From NCBI GenBank assembly GCA_947627195.1, contig CANQVC010000003.1:9871-73870 (forward strand): a DNA stretch of 64,000 nt. Reading direction: 5' to 3'. The notes below the pieces were generated by a model. It was given only the letters and a program-made list of their open reading frames with translations. It ran no database searches and was not told the DNA's origin. Positions 1 through 9,242 of this stretch are shown here, one piece after another; the first letter of the stretch is position 1, and each line of letters opens with the position of its first letter. This DNA comes from an uncultured Bacilli bacterium (GTDB taxonomy: Bacteria > Bacillota_I > Bacilli_A > ML615J-28 > CAG-698). Made by a program: the position numbers and the translations under genes.

Positions 1-826
1 AAGTGAACTTTGTATCGATTGCTTTCATTTGCATGCAATCACTGACAATTAAACCTTTAAAATTGAATTTATGGCGTAAAATATCTGTTAGAATAGTTTT
101 TGATAAAGTAGTCGGGTAATCTTTATCTATTTTATCAAAAATTATATGAGCGCTCATAATAGCATCAACACCAGATTCAATAGCTTTTTTAAATGGCAAT
201 AATTCAATTTCTTCTAATCGTTTCATGTCATGAGAAACAGTTGGTAAACCTAAATGGCTGTCAACATTAGTGTCACCATGTCCTGGAAAATGTTTTGCAG
301 TTGCAATAACATTTTCACTTTGTAAACCACGAATATAAGAAATACCATATTCACTAACAACATTAGGATCATCAGAATAACTTCTAACACCAATAACAGG
401 ATTAGCTGGATTATTATTGACATCTAATGATGGTGCAAGATTCATATTAATTCCTAAATGAGTTAATTCTTCACCCATTCCTTTACCAACAATTTCAGCA
501 TTTTGTTTATTATCAGTGGCTGTTAAAGTCATATTTCCTGGCCAAAATGTTGCACCATCCATAATTCTTGTAACCATTCCACCTTCTTGATCAATGGAAA
601 TAAAAGGAATTGTTTTAGTATTTTTAATTACTTCTTGATGAATTTTTAAATTTAATTCAATTAATTGTTTTAAGGAAGAAATATTTCTAGTAAATAAAAT
701 AATATTTGCTACTTTATATTCTTCAATTAAAATACGTAAATGTTCATCATATTCATAACCATCAAATCCAGCAATAATTAATTGTCCCAATTTTTCTTTT
801 AGTGTCATTTCTTTTATTGTTCTCAT
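1..826 (-). CDS. nagZ: GH3 beta-N-acetylhexosaminidase (NagZ-type), 3' end runs off window
   Basis: Not in ORF track. Manual translation from ATG at 826 gives MRTIKEMTLKEKLGQLIIAGFDG; contains DQEGG and KHFPGHGDTNVDSH motifs. Confidence 0.9.
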   Translation of the reverse strand, partial: MRTIKEMTLKEKLGQLIIAGFDGYEYDEHLRILIEEYKVANIILFTRNISSLKQLIELNLKIHQEVIKNTKTIPFISIDQEGGMVTRIMDGATFWPGNMTLTATDNKQNAEIVGKGMGEELTHLGINMNLAPSLDVNNNPANPVIGVRSYSDDPNVVSEYGISYIRGLQSENVIATAKHFPGHGDTNVDSHLGLPTVSHDMKRLEEIELLPFKKAIESGVDAIMSAHIIFDKIDKDYPTTLSKTILTDILRHKFNFKGLIVSDCMQMKAIDTKFT

Positions 827-838
827 AAAATTAACCTT

Positions 839-1975
839 TTAATATAACAAATATTTCTTTCTTGTCATTTTAAATTTTTCTGTATCTTCATCTATAATTT
901 CAAATTGTTTTTCTAATGGATAAAGATCATCCATAATATATTGACATCCTGTATTAAATTGTAACATGCAATGATTTCCTTCTTTATATGGTGGAAGAAT
1001 TTTAAAATCGTTTGGATACATATCACGTATAACTTTCAACATTGCCCATCCAGTATGAACAGGTAAAAAGCCATCACGATCTAATACATGTACTTGAACA
1101 CCACCACATACTACTTTTTCATGTTTAGAAAATGTTGGGGTAAAATATTGTCTACGAAAATAAACACTAGGTAAACATAAACTATTTAATTTATCAGCTA
1201 AAGATTTAGGATCAATATATGGGGCACCAACAAATTCAAATGGAGCAGTTGTTCCTCTTCCTTCACTGACATTTGTGCCTTCAAAAATACATGTAGCATT
1301 ATAAACAATAGCAGTATTAACAGATGGAAAATTTGGTGAAGGCATTATCCATAATAAACCAGTTTCATCATAATATTTTTTACGATCATAACCTTCCATT
1401 TTTATTAAATGTAATTTACAGCCAATGCCAAATTCTTCATTAAACATTTTAGCTAATTCAGCAATTGTCATACCATGACGTTGAACTATTGGATAATATC
1501 CAACAAATGAACGATAATTAATATCTAATATATTTCCTTCAACATCTACACCATTAATTGGATTTGGTCGATCAAATACCACAAATTCTTTATTATGCTC
1601 TTTACAAGCCATCATGGCATATGCCATTGTATAAATATATGTATAAAATCTAGATCCACCATCTTGAATATCAATACATAATACATCAATTGTATCTAAC
1701 ATTTCTTTTGTTGGACGTTTATCTTTTGTATATAGACTATATACAATAATACCTGTTTCTTCATCAATATATGAATCGAAACGAACACCAGCTTGCATAT
1801 GTCCTCTTACGCCATGTTCTGGTGAAAACAAACAAACTAAATTAACTTTTTCTTTTAAAACATCAATTGAAGAGCGAAAAGAACTATCTACACCAGTAGG
1901 ATTTGTAATAAGTCCTACTCTTTTTCCTTTGAAAAAATCTAAATGTTGGTCAATACAATCAATTCCTAATTTCAT
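839..1975 (-). CDS. namZ: Exo-beta-N-acetylmuramidase NamZ (DUF1343/YbbC family)
   Basis: GLITNPTG, FSPEHG, DIQDGGSRFYTY, DRPNP, SEGRGT..PFE motifs; no signal peptide. Confidence 0.9.
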   Translation of the reverse strand: MKLGIDCIDQHLDFFKGKRVGLITNPTGVDSSFRSSIDVLKEKVNLVCLFSPEHGVRGHMQAGVRFDSYIDEETGIIVYSLYTKDKRPTKEMLDTIDVLCIDIQDGGSRFYTYIYTMAYAMMACKEHNKEFVVFDRPNPINGVDVEGNILDINYRSFVGYYPIVQRHGMTIAELAKMFNEEFGIGCKLHLIKMEGYDRKKYYDETGLLWIMPSPNFPSVNTAIVYNATCIFEGTNVSEGRGTTAPFEFVGAPYIDPKSLADKLNSLCLPSVYFRRQYFTPTFSKHEKVVCGGVQVHVLDRDGFLPVHTGWAMLKVIRDMYPNDFKILPPYKEGNHCMLQFNTGCQYIMDDLYPLEKQFEIIDEDTEKFKMTRKKYLLY

Positions 1976-2718
1976 TTTTTATCTCCTTTATTTGTTTTTG
2001 TATCATCTTCATAATTTTCTCTAACATCTTCATCTTTATTATCTAATTCATCTTTAGAAGAAAAACCATTATCTTGTAAATATGTATAAATTCTTCGCGA
2101 AATTAAATAAATGAGAAATAATGGAACACTAATACCAAAGAAAATCCAAATTGGTAAAAGTGGTAAATATATTATTAACATTAAAAAAGCCACAATAACT
2201 ACTACTTCTAAAAGAGTTGAGGGAATATATTTAAAAGCCATAAAGAATGATAATCTTATTTTTTGCATGAATGTTGCTCTAAAATATACGGTAACAATTA
2301 TTGTTTGAATACCAGCCATTAATATAACAAAAGCAAAACCCATCATTAAAAATACACATATAAATGCAATTGTATACCAAGTACTATCTCCTGGATATAA
2401 ATCCTGAGATGTTTCACCTAAAACACCATCATACCATAAATATGCATATCCTGAAATGCCTATCAGAGCAACTAATAAAATTCCAAAGCCAATTGTTTCT
2501 TTAAAAAGTAAGGCAAAATTACGAAAATATGGTTTGATTACTTCTCTTGTATATTCATCTTTAGCATCTTTAATTGATTTAAAACAAGCCGATATTGATG
2601 TAAAGATAGTGATGATACCAAGTGATGTAATTAATGTCAATACATTTAAGACAAATAATCGCCATAACCAATCAAAGAAAGTAAATAATTTACCATTACC
2701 AATATTTTCTTCTTTCAT
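1972..2718 (-). CDS. DUF624/YesL-like membrane protein
   Basis: Multi-TM; N-terminal 'DWLWRLFVLNVLTL..SLGIIT' and 'YFRNF' pattern typical of this sugar-ABC-associated family. Confidence 0.7.
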   Translation of the reverse strand: MKEENIGNGKLFTFFDWLWRLFVLNVLTLITSLGIITIFTSISACFKSIKDAKDEYTREVIKPYFRNFALLFKETIGFGILLVALIGISGYAYLWYDGVLGETSQDLYPGDSTWYTIAFICVFLMMGFAFVILMAGIQTIIVTVYFRATFMQKIRLSFFMAFKYIPSTLLEVVVIVAFLMLIIYLPLLPIWIFFGISVPLFLIYLISRRIYTYLQDNGFSSKDELDNKDEDVRENYEDDTKTNKGDKK

Positions 2719-2755
2719 TATTTCACCACCTTTTTTACTTCTTTTATTTTAGCAT

Positions 2756-2784
2756 ATTCTAGCAAAAAATACAATAAAAATCAA
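2756..2784 (-). promoter_or_regulatory. Sigma70 promoter for DUF624-namZ-nagZ
   Basis: TTGATT-17 nt-TAGAAT with extended -10 TG. Confidence 0.55.
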
Positions 2785-2799
2785 CGAGAATGAAGCCAC

Positions 2800-2830
2800 A
2801 AAAAAAGACCTAAGGAAAACCTTAGATCTT
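2800..2830 (-). terminator. Intrinsic terminator after SBP gene
   Basis: AAGATCTAAGG-TTTT-CCTTAGGTCTT followed by T run. Confidence 0.75.
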
Positions 2831-2842
2831 TATTTTCAATCA

Positions 2843-4636
2843 TTAGCTATAAGCAGCTGCTAATAAGTTTTGAATTCTATCAGCTTCACCAGCTATAGCA
2901 TCAGCCCATGAGCTTTTTTTACCTGTCATATATCCTCTAATATTTTCTACAAATGTACCAGAATATGTACTTACAACAGGGTTATCTGAAGTTGATAATG
3001 GTTCAAAGAATGAAATATCTTTTAATCTTGATTTAACGTAAACCATGGCATCAACACTTGCTGGAGAATCAGTGAATTTTTGAACAGTTCTTAGTCTTGC
3101 AGCTTCTTCATCATATCCACTATCTGGACCTTTATAAAATTCTCTAGTCTTCTTGTAATACATCATAACTGCTAGGTAAATATTTTCAGGATTAACTTCG
3201 TTTCCATATTTTGCATATTCGTTTTGTCTACCAACAGGCATTACCCATGTAGCAGTTCCACCAAGACCAACATGATAATCTTCTTTCTTACCAGTTAATG
3301 ATGGGAATGGAACATATCCATATTGAGTTGTACCTTCACCCCATTGATTATTAGTCCATCTACCAGCATCTCTTACGAACCATAAGTCACCAGTATTGAA
3401 TAATGCTGTTTGATTATTCCATGATTCAACAGAACCATCAACTGCTGATAAACTACCATCAACTAATTGAGCATCATATAAGTTTTTCATTAAATCTGCT
3501 GCTTTAGATTCAGCTTCTGCTTCTAGATAAACTTTCATTGCATATGGATCACAAATGTTAGTTCCACTAGCATTTACTAATCCAACCCAGTAATAAACAA
3601 CATGACCAGCTACTGCATGGTATTCTTTTTGTTGTGCATCTGGTAATGAATTCATAGCAGCTTGTGCTTTTGTACAATATGTTAAGAAATCATCATAACT
3701 CCATTCATCATCTAAGAATGCTTGTGCAGGTTCTTTTAATGATGGGTCAATTGCATTTAAAGATTTCCATAAGTTAACATTGTAATACATAACATTGTAA
3801 ATATCTGCATCACCATTTGTTACAGAATATAATTTACCTTGATATGTTCCTGATTTTTTATAAACAGGGTCTAAAATTTCTGTATTATCATCATATGTTC
3901 CATATTTTTGATAGAAATCAGATACATCGATTAAGCAGTTACCAGCAACGAATGTTGGAATTTGACTGTCTGGAACAGTAAGGAAATCAAAATCAGATAT
4001 ATTTTTTCTTCCTTGGTCAAGAATATAATTCCATCTTGCAGGTCCCCAATCGGCATTTGAAGGATATGCTACAGCTTCAAGTGAACAGTTGAATGTTTGT
4101 TCAACCCAGTTCCAAGCTGCAACTCTTGCATCTTTATCATCACCAGCATATGTTAATGAACCAGGAATTGGATTACCTTGATCATCTACATAAACAAATG
4201 TTGGGTCAGTTTCATGTAATGCATGTGATGCATTAGCAATTTTAATTGTATAACCACCTAGGTCTGGATATGATCCTACAGCACCAGCTGTATTTACACT
4301 AAATCTAACAACTGCTGTATTTCCATCTTTATCTTCAGCTCCGATTACAACAATACCTTTACCAGTTGCTACACCTGTAACAAGTCCATTTTGGTCAACT
4401 GTTGCAGCTTCTGGTTTATCAGATGTCCATGTAACTGAAACTTCTTTTAATGTTTTAGCATCTACAGCTTTTAATTGTACTTGTGCATTAACAGCAATAG
4501 AGCTAACAGTAAGAGTTTTGCCATTTGATTGAATTAGAATTTTTCCAGTGCTACCATTAGTTTGTTCAGTATTACCACAACCAACTAAAACGAAAGCAAA
4601 GAAAAGCATCAAAAACATAGCCATAAACTTTTTCAT
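2843..4636 (-). CDS. Sugar ABC solute-binding lipoprotein with N-terminal Ig-like (Big_2) domain
   Basis: Lipobox LVGC; 'VTWTSDKPEAATVDQNGLVTGV' Big_2 signature; family-1 SBP features (MYYNVNL, YGYVPFP). Confidence 0.8.
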   Translation of the reverse strand: MKKFMAMFLMLFFAFVLVGCGNTEQTNGSTGKILIQSNGKTLTVSSIAVNAQVQLKAVDAKTLKEVSVTWTSDKPEAATVDQNGLVTGVATGKGIVVIGAEDKDGNTAVVRFSVNTAGAVGSYPDLGGYTIKIANASHALHETDPTFVYVDDQGNPIPGSLTYAGDDKDARVAAWNWVEQTFNCSLEAVAYPSNADWGPARWNYILDQGRKNISDFDFLTVPDSQIPTFVAGNCLIDVSDFYQKYGTYDDNTEILDPVYKKSGTYQGKLYSVTNGDADIYNVMYYNVNLWKSLNAIDPSLKEPAQAFLDDEWSYDDFLTYCTKAQAAMNSLPDAQQKEYHAVAGHVVYYWVGLVNASGTNICDPYAMKVYLEAEAESKAADLMKNLYDAQLVDGSLSAVDGSVESWNNQTALFNTGDLWFVRDAGRWTNNQWGEGTTQYGYVPFPSLTGKKEDYHVGLGGTATWVMPVGRQNEYAKYGNEVNPENIYLAVMMYYKKTREFYKGPDSGYDEEAARLRTVQKFTDSPASVDAMVYVKSRLKDISFFEPLSTSDNPVVSTYSGTFVENIRGYMTGKKSSWADAIAGEADRIQNLLAAAYS

Positions 4637-4656
4637 TTTTCTTCCTCCTTGTTTTT

Positions 4657-4728
4657 ATTGTGTTATATCACAATAGTGTGAAAATGTTTACACATTATCA
4701 TTATACAACACATTTGTTTTTTTGGCAA
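4657..4728 (-). promoter_or_regulatory. Promoter with two palindromic operator candidates
   Basis: TTGCCA(4723-4728)-17-TATAAT(4700-4705); LacI/cre-like TGTGAAAATGTTTACACA 4677-4694; ATTGTG-N6-CACAAT 4657-4674. Confidence 0.6.
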
Positions 4729-4744
4729 GCATTTTTTACTTTTT

Positions 4745-5755
4745 TTATTTTTTTGTAATTATCTTATTAAGGTATTTATAAGATTTCCATACTTCAAAAT
4801 AAAATTTTTGATAAAACTCCATCAAACCAGTCCAATCGATCATCACTTCAGTGCATCCATCATGTCGCAATGAAGATATGGAAAATTGTAATAAATCATT
4901 TCCAAATCCATGTTTACGATATTTTTGATCAACACCAAGTGGACCGATTCCACCTAACGATTTAAACCTTTCCTTCCACATCATATTATATGCAATTATT
5001 TTAGTTTTTGCCCTATTTACACGGGAAAAAGCAATGATTGGATAATTTAAATCATTAGGATCACGAATTAATAAATAGTCGTCACCATTTCCACCTAAGG
5101 TGAAATAATCTTTAACTTCATATGCCCATCGATTCCAATGATTATTTAACATCATTTTTATCATTTCTTCTTGATCATCTATTGTCGCTTTAACATAATC
5201 ATAATTTTTATTTATAATATTATTTTCAATATTATTAATGTTATTAATATTGATATTAATATTATTATTATCATTAAATCTACAAATCAAATCGTGAGTA
5301 TAACGAGACCCTTGATACCCTCTTTTTTCCAACCAGACATCTGTTAGATTATCGAAGTCAGTTGCAACACCTGGAAAAAAATTACGAATATCTTTACCAA
5401 TGTGAATTTGCATTTCATCAAATGAACTTTCATTTAATATATTATGACAAATTTCTTCAGAAATATTAAATAATTTAGAACCTATTCCTTGTTTTCGATA
5501 TTTCTTTGCTACATAAAATAATGATATAAAAGCCATTTTTTTATAATCAGGTATTAAATCATCATCAAAGAATTTTAAAATGATAAAGCCAACTAAATTA
5601 TTATTAGAATCATATGCACATATTATTCTTTTTAATTTATAACAATCAATAGATTGATAAAACCAATCTTGGGGAATGGGATAAATCATTCCCATTTCCT
5701 GATTCCATAAAGATAAAATTTTTTCTTCTTTTTCTACTTCTTTAAAATACATCAA
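4745..5755 (-). CDS. Tandem-GNAT N-acetyltransferase (possibly glucosamine/glucosaminide acetyltransferase)
   Basis: Two acetyl-CoA motifs (YRKQGIGS, YRKHGFG), GIGPLGV; downstream of nagZ-nagB. Confidence 0.75.
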   Translation of the reverse strand: MMYFKEVEKEEKILSLWNQEMGMIYPIPQDWFYQSIDCYKLKRIICAYDSNNNLVGFIILKFFDDDLIPDYKKMAFISLFYVAKKYRKQGIGSKLFNISEEICHNILNESSFDEMQIHIGKDIRNFFPGVATDFDNLTDVWLEKRGYQGSRYTHDLICRFNDNNNINININNINNIENNIINKNYDYVKATIDDQEEMIKMMLNNHWNRWAYEVKDYFTLGGNGDDYLLIRDPNDLNYPIIAFSRVNRAKTKIIAYNMMWKERFKSLGGIGPLGVDQKYRKHGFGNDLLQFSISSLRHDGCTEVMIDWTGLMEFYQKFYFEVWKSYKYLNKIITKK

Positions 5756-5792
5756 TTTAAATTATTTTACTTTAGTATATTACTTAAGTATA

Positions 5793-6527
5793 TTACTTTA
5801 GTAATGAACATGCTTCTTCATCAGCTACAACAGTAACAACACCAGGATGTTTCTTTAATGCTGATGCTGGAAATTCTTCTGTAACTGGTCCATTAACTAA
5901 TTGATAAATTGCTTCAGCTTTGTTTTTACCACTTGCTACTAATAATACTGATTTAGCATTCATTATATTTTTAATACCCATTGTAATTGCATGTGTTGGA
6001 ACTTGATTAATATCATTATCAAAGAAACGTGCATTATCTTTTCTTGTCTTTTCAGTTAATGTCACAACTAATGTTTCACTTTCAAATGAAGTTCCTGGTT
6101 CATTGAAACCAATATGTCCATTAGCACCAATTCCTAATAATTGTAAATCAACAGTTACTTTATTTAAAGCATCACTATATTCTTGACAATTTTTTTGTAA
6201 ATCTTTACCTAATGATGAAGGTAAATGAACATTTTCTTCTTCAATATCAACATGATTGAATAAATTTGTATGCATGAATGAATAATAACTTTCAGGATGT
6301 TCTCTTGGTAAATCACAATATTCATCCAAATTGTATGTTTTCACATTCTTAAAGGAAACTTCACCTTTTTTATAGGCATCAATTAAATATTGATACAATC
6401 CTACTGGACTACTTCCTGTTGCTAAACCTAATACACAATTGGGTTTTTCTTTGATTTGATGAAGCATGATTTCTCCTGCAACTTTACTTAATTCTTGATA
6501 ATCTTTAACTTTGATGAATTTAATCAT
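5793..6527 (-). CDS. nagB: Glucosamine-6-phosphate deaminase
   Basis: GLATGSSP, NLDEY, LGIGANGHIGFNEP motifs. Confidence 0.95.
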   Translation of the reverse strand: MIKFIKVKDYQELSKVAGEIMLHQIKEKPNCVLGLATGSSPVGLYQYLIDAYKKGEVSFKNVKTYNLDEYCDLPREHPESYYSFMHTNLFNHVDIEEENVHLPSSLGKDLQKNCQEYSDALNKVTVDLQLLGIGANGHIGFNEPGTSFESETLVVTLTEKTRKDNARFFDNDINQVPTHAITMGIKNIMNAKSVLLVASGKNKAEAIYQLVNGPVTEEFPASALKKHPGVVTVVADEEACSLLK

Positions 6528-6528
6528 T

Positions 6529-8115
6529 TTACTTCTCCTCTTTTTTGTTATTCATCTTAATTGGTAACTTGCCATAAAAAACATTAGATTGTAAACAATT
6601 TGCTAAAGCTTTTAAAGATTCTTTTGTACAATCATATGTACAAATATAATCTTTACAATTAGGTAATAAATTAATATCATAAGGTGATCTTAAACTTATA
6701 ACAATTAATTTATCTTTGTCTAATGCTTCATACAACTTTGTTTGTATATCATCTTTTTTAAGGTTGTAAGTTACTAACAATATTTTATCATATTTTTGCT
6801 CTTTTTGCACTATATTTTCAAAATTTTTTAAGTCTTGATTAATAATTATTTCATCATAATTTAAATATTGATTTAAAGTTTCACATTTATTATTTGCATT
6901 ATCAACTAATGATGCTAAGTGAATTTCTGGAAATAAAATTAAAACTTTATCATTTTTCTTTAATGGTAATAAAGAATTGTCCACAACATGAGTAATACTT
7001 TTATTTGTTAATTCTATACTTAATTTTTCATTATTAATATTATTAATGATATTAATATTATTATTATTTAGATATTTTTGTTTTAATTTTAATATTTTTG
7101 TTACTGATTCATTAATTCTTGAAATGGAAATTTTTTTATCTTTAACTAAAGTTTGAAAAGCTTTAATAATTTCTAATTGTTCATTAATATCAGCTTTCCC
7201 ACAAAACATTAGTATATCATTTCCTGCCATTATACCATGATAAACAATTTCAGGAATGGAATATTTTTGCCATATAGCAGCCATTGTTAATGAATCAGTA
7301 ATAATAAGTCCTTTAAAATTCATCTTTTCTTTTAATAATTTAGTAATTATTTGATAAGATAATGATGCTGGTAAATTTTCATCAATTGAAGAATACAAAA
7401 TATGAGAAATCATAATACCATCAATATTTTCTTTTATACTTTTTTCAAATGGTATAAATTCACATTTTTTTAAATCTTCGATTGTTTTAGAAACAATTGG
7501 TAAGCCTAAATGACTATCAACATTTGTATCACCATGTCCAGGAAAATGTTTAAGTGTTGGTAATATTCCGCCATCTTGTAAAGCTTTTGCGGAAAGTGTA
7601 CAATATTTTGCCACAACTTCAGGATCATCTGCATAACTTCTAGAATTAATAACTGGATTTAAAGGATTATTATTAACATCAGCAACAGGAGCAAAATCTA
7701 AATCAAATCCTAATTTTTTTAAATCCATTCCTAATAATTTATTAACTAAATATATCTTATTAGGATCATCATAACAACTTGCACTTAAAGCCATTGCCCC
7801 TGGTACATATGTTATCCCACTTTCGATTCTTCTAACCATTCCTCCTTCTTGATCTAAACCAATCCATAAAGGATAAGTGGCATGACTTCTAATTGTGTCA
7901 TTTAATAATTTAACTTGTTCATTGTTTTCAATATTCCTTGCAAAATAAATAATTGAACCTATTTTTTCTTTTTCAATTAATATTTCTAATTGTTCATTCC
8001 AAGTTGTACCATGAAAAGCAAAGCATAACATTTGGGCAATTTTTTCTTCTAATGTCATTTTATCTAGCAATTCATTTATATTATTAATATTATTAATGTT
8101 GTTAATATTGTTCAT
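6529..8115 (-). CDS. nagZ: GH3 beta-N-acetylhexosaminidase, second paralog
   Basis: DQEGG, KHFPGHGDTNVDSH, ITDSLTM; C-terminal GH3 domain. Confidence 0.9.
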   Translation of the reverse strand: MNNINNINNINNINELLDKMTLEEKIAQMLCFAFHGTTWNEQLEILIEKEKIGSIIYFARNIENNEQVKLLNDTIRSHATYPLWIGLDQEGGMVRRIESGITYVPGAMALSASCYDDPNKIYLVNKLLGMDLKKLGFDLDFAPVADVNNNPLNPVINSRSYADDPEVVAKYCTLSAKALQDGGILPTLKHFPGHGDTNVDSHLGLPIVSKTIEDLKKCEFIPFEKSIKENIDGIMISHILYSSIDENLPASLSYQIITKLLKEKMNFKGLIITDSLTMAAIWQKYSIPEIVYHGIMAGNDILMFCGKADINEQLEIIKAFQTLVKDKKISISRINESVTKILKLKQKYLNNNNINIINNINNEKLSIELTNKSITHVVDNSLLPLKKNDKVLILFPEIHLASLVDNANNKCETLNQYLNYDEIIINQDLKNFENIVQKEQKYDKILLVTYNLKKDDIQTKLYEALDKDKLIVISLRSPYDINLLPNCKDYICTYDCTKESLKALANCLQSNVFYGKLPIKMNNKKEEK

Positions 8116-8161
8116 ATTATTATATTATAAATACCTCCATTCTATTATTTAAATTAAATAA

Positions 8162-8192
8162 GCGGCATATTTATATGATTCTTATATGCCGC
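8162..8192. terminator. Hairpin/terminator after dut
   Basis: GCGGCATAT...ATATGCCGC inverted repeat with AT flanks. Confidence 0.6.
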
Positions 8193-8197
8193 ATTTT

Positions 8198-8743
8198 TTA
8201 TTTAGTTGTACTGCCAAAACCACCATCACGGATAGATGTACATTCATCATCAATAGTTATACCATATTCAATAAATATTCCTTGCATAAATCCAGTATTT
8301 TTTTCTATGAAAATTGTTTTATTTTCATTGGTATCATTAGTTATTTTGGAAAATATATGTCCTTCGTTTGATGAATAATAATAATCACTATCAATAATAC
8401 CAACAGTGTTATTTAATTGTAATCGATATTTAAATCCTAATCCACTACGAGGAAAACATTGTAATACCCATTCTTCATTCATGTAGACTCTAATTCCTGT
8501 AGGGATTTTACATGTTTCATTAGGTTTTAATGTTATGTCATATGGGGCAAAGAAATCATATCCAGCTGAACCAATTGTTGCTCTTTTTGGTAAAAGAATT
8601 GCATCATAAATTTGTTGAATTTCTTCGATACTTTTATTAGGAAATATTTCTTTTACATCTTTTAAATATTGATTAAAACTTACTTTTTCGAATTTCGCAA
8701 TTCTTTTAGGGCTATTATTATGAATAAATATTTTGTTGTTCAT
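8198..8743 (-). CDS. dut: dUTP diphosphatase
   Basis: SAGYD, IPTG, PRSGLG, GIIDSDY, RDGGFGST. Confidence 0.95.
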   Translation of the reverse strand: MNNKIFIHNNSPKRIAKFEKVSFNQYLKDVKEIFPNKSIEEIQQIYDAILLPKRATIGSAGYDFFAPYDITLKPNETCKIPTGIRVYMNEEWVLQCFPRSGLGFKYRLQLNNTVGIIDSDYYYSSNEGHIFSKITNDTNENKTIFIEKNTGFMQGIFIEYGITIDDECTSIRDGGFGSTTK

Positions 8744-8746
8744 ATT

Positions 8747-9241
8747 TTATTTTCCTTCATATAAAACAATTTCTTTTGTTGATAATGATTTTTGGACATC
8801 AATAACTCTTTGATTAGTACTGCCAGCCCATGGATATTTTTCATCTAAAAGTTCTTTGACAAATGGTCCATCTACTAATACATCAATATGTTTTAACAAT
8901 GGCATATTTTCAATATCTTCAAATAAAAATCCTGTATATAGCCAGATTGTTTTTGTTGGGAAAAGTTTTTTAACTTCGGAAACTAATTTACCAACATCTT
9001 TAAAATTTAAAGGATGTAATGGATCTCCACCACTTAATGTCAATCCTGATACATAATCTTTATTAAGTTCAGTAAATATTTCTTCTTTTGCTGCTTCATC
9101 AAAAATAAGACCACCATTAATATCCCATGTTATGGGATTATGGCATCCATCACAATGATGAGTGCAACCACTTACCCATAATACGACACGTAAGCCACTT
9201 CCATTTAACATATCATCTTTTGTGATATTATGATATCTCAT
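8747..9241 (-). CDS. nrdG: Anaerobic RNR activase (radical SAM)
   Basis: CxxxCxxC (CTHHCDGC), SGGDP, GSTNQR. Confidence 0.95.
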   Translation of the reverse strand: MRYHNITKDDMLNGSGLRVVLWVSGCTHHCDGCHNPITWDINGGLIFDEAAKEEIFTELNKDYVSGLTLSGGDPLHPLNFKDVGKLVSEVKKLFPTKTIWLYTGFLFEDIENMPLLKHIDVLVDGPFVKELLDEKYPWAGSTNQRVIDVQKSLSTKEIVLYEGK

Positions 9242-9242
9242 G

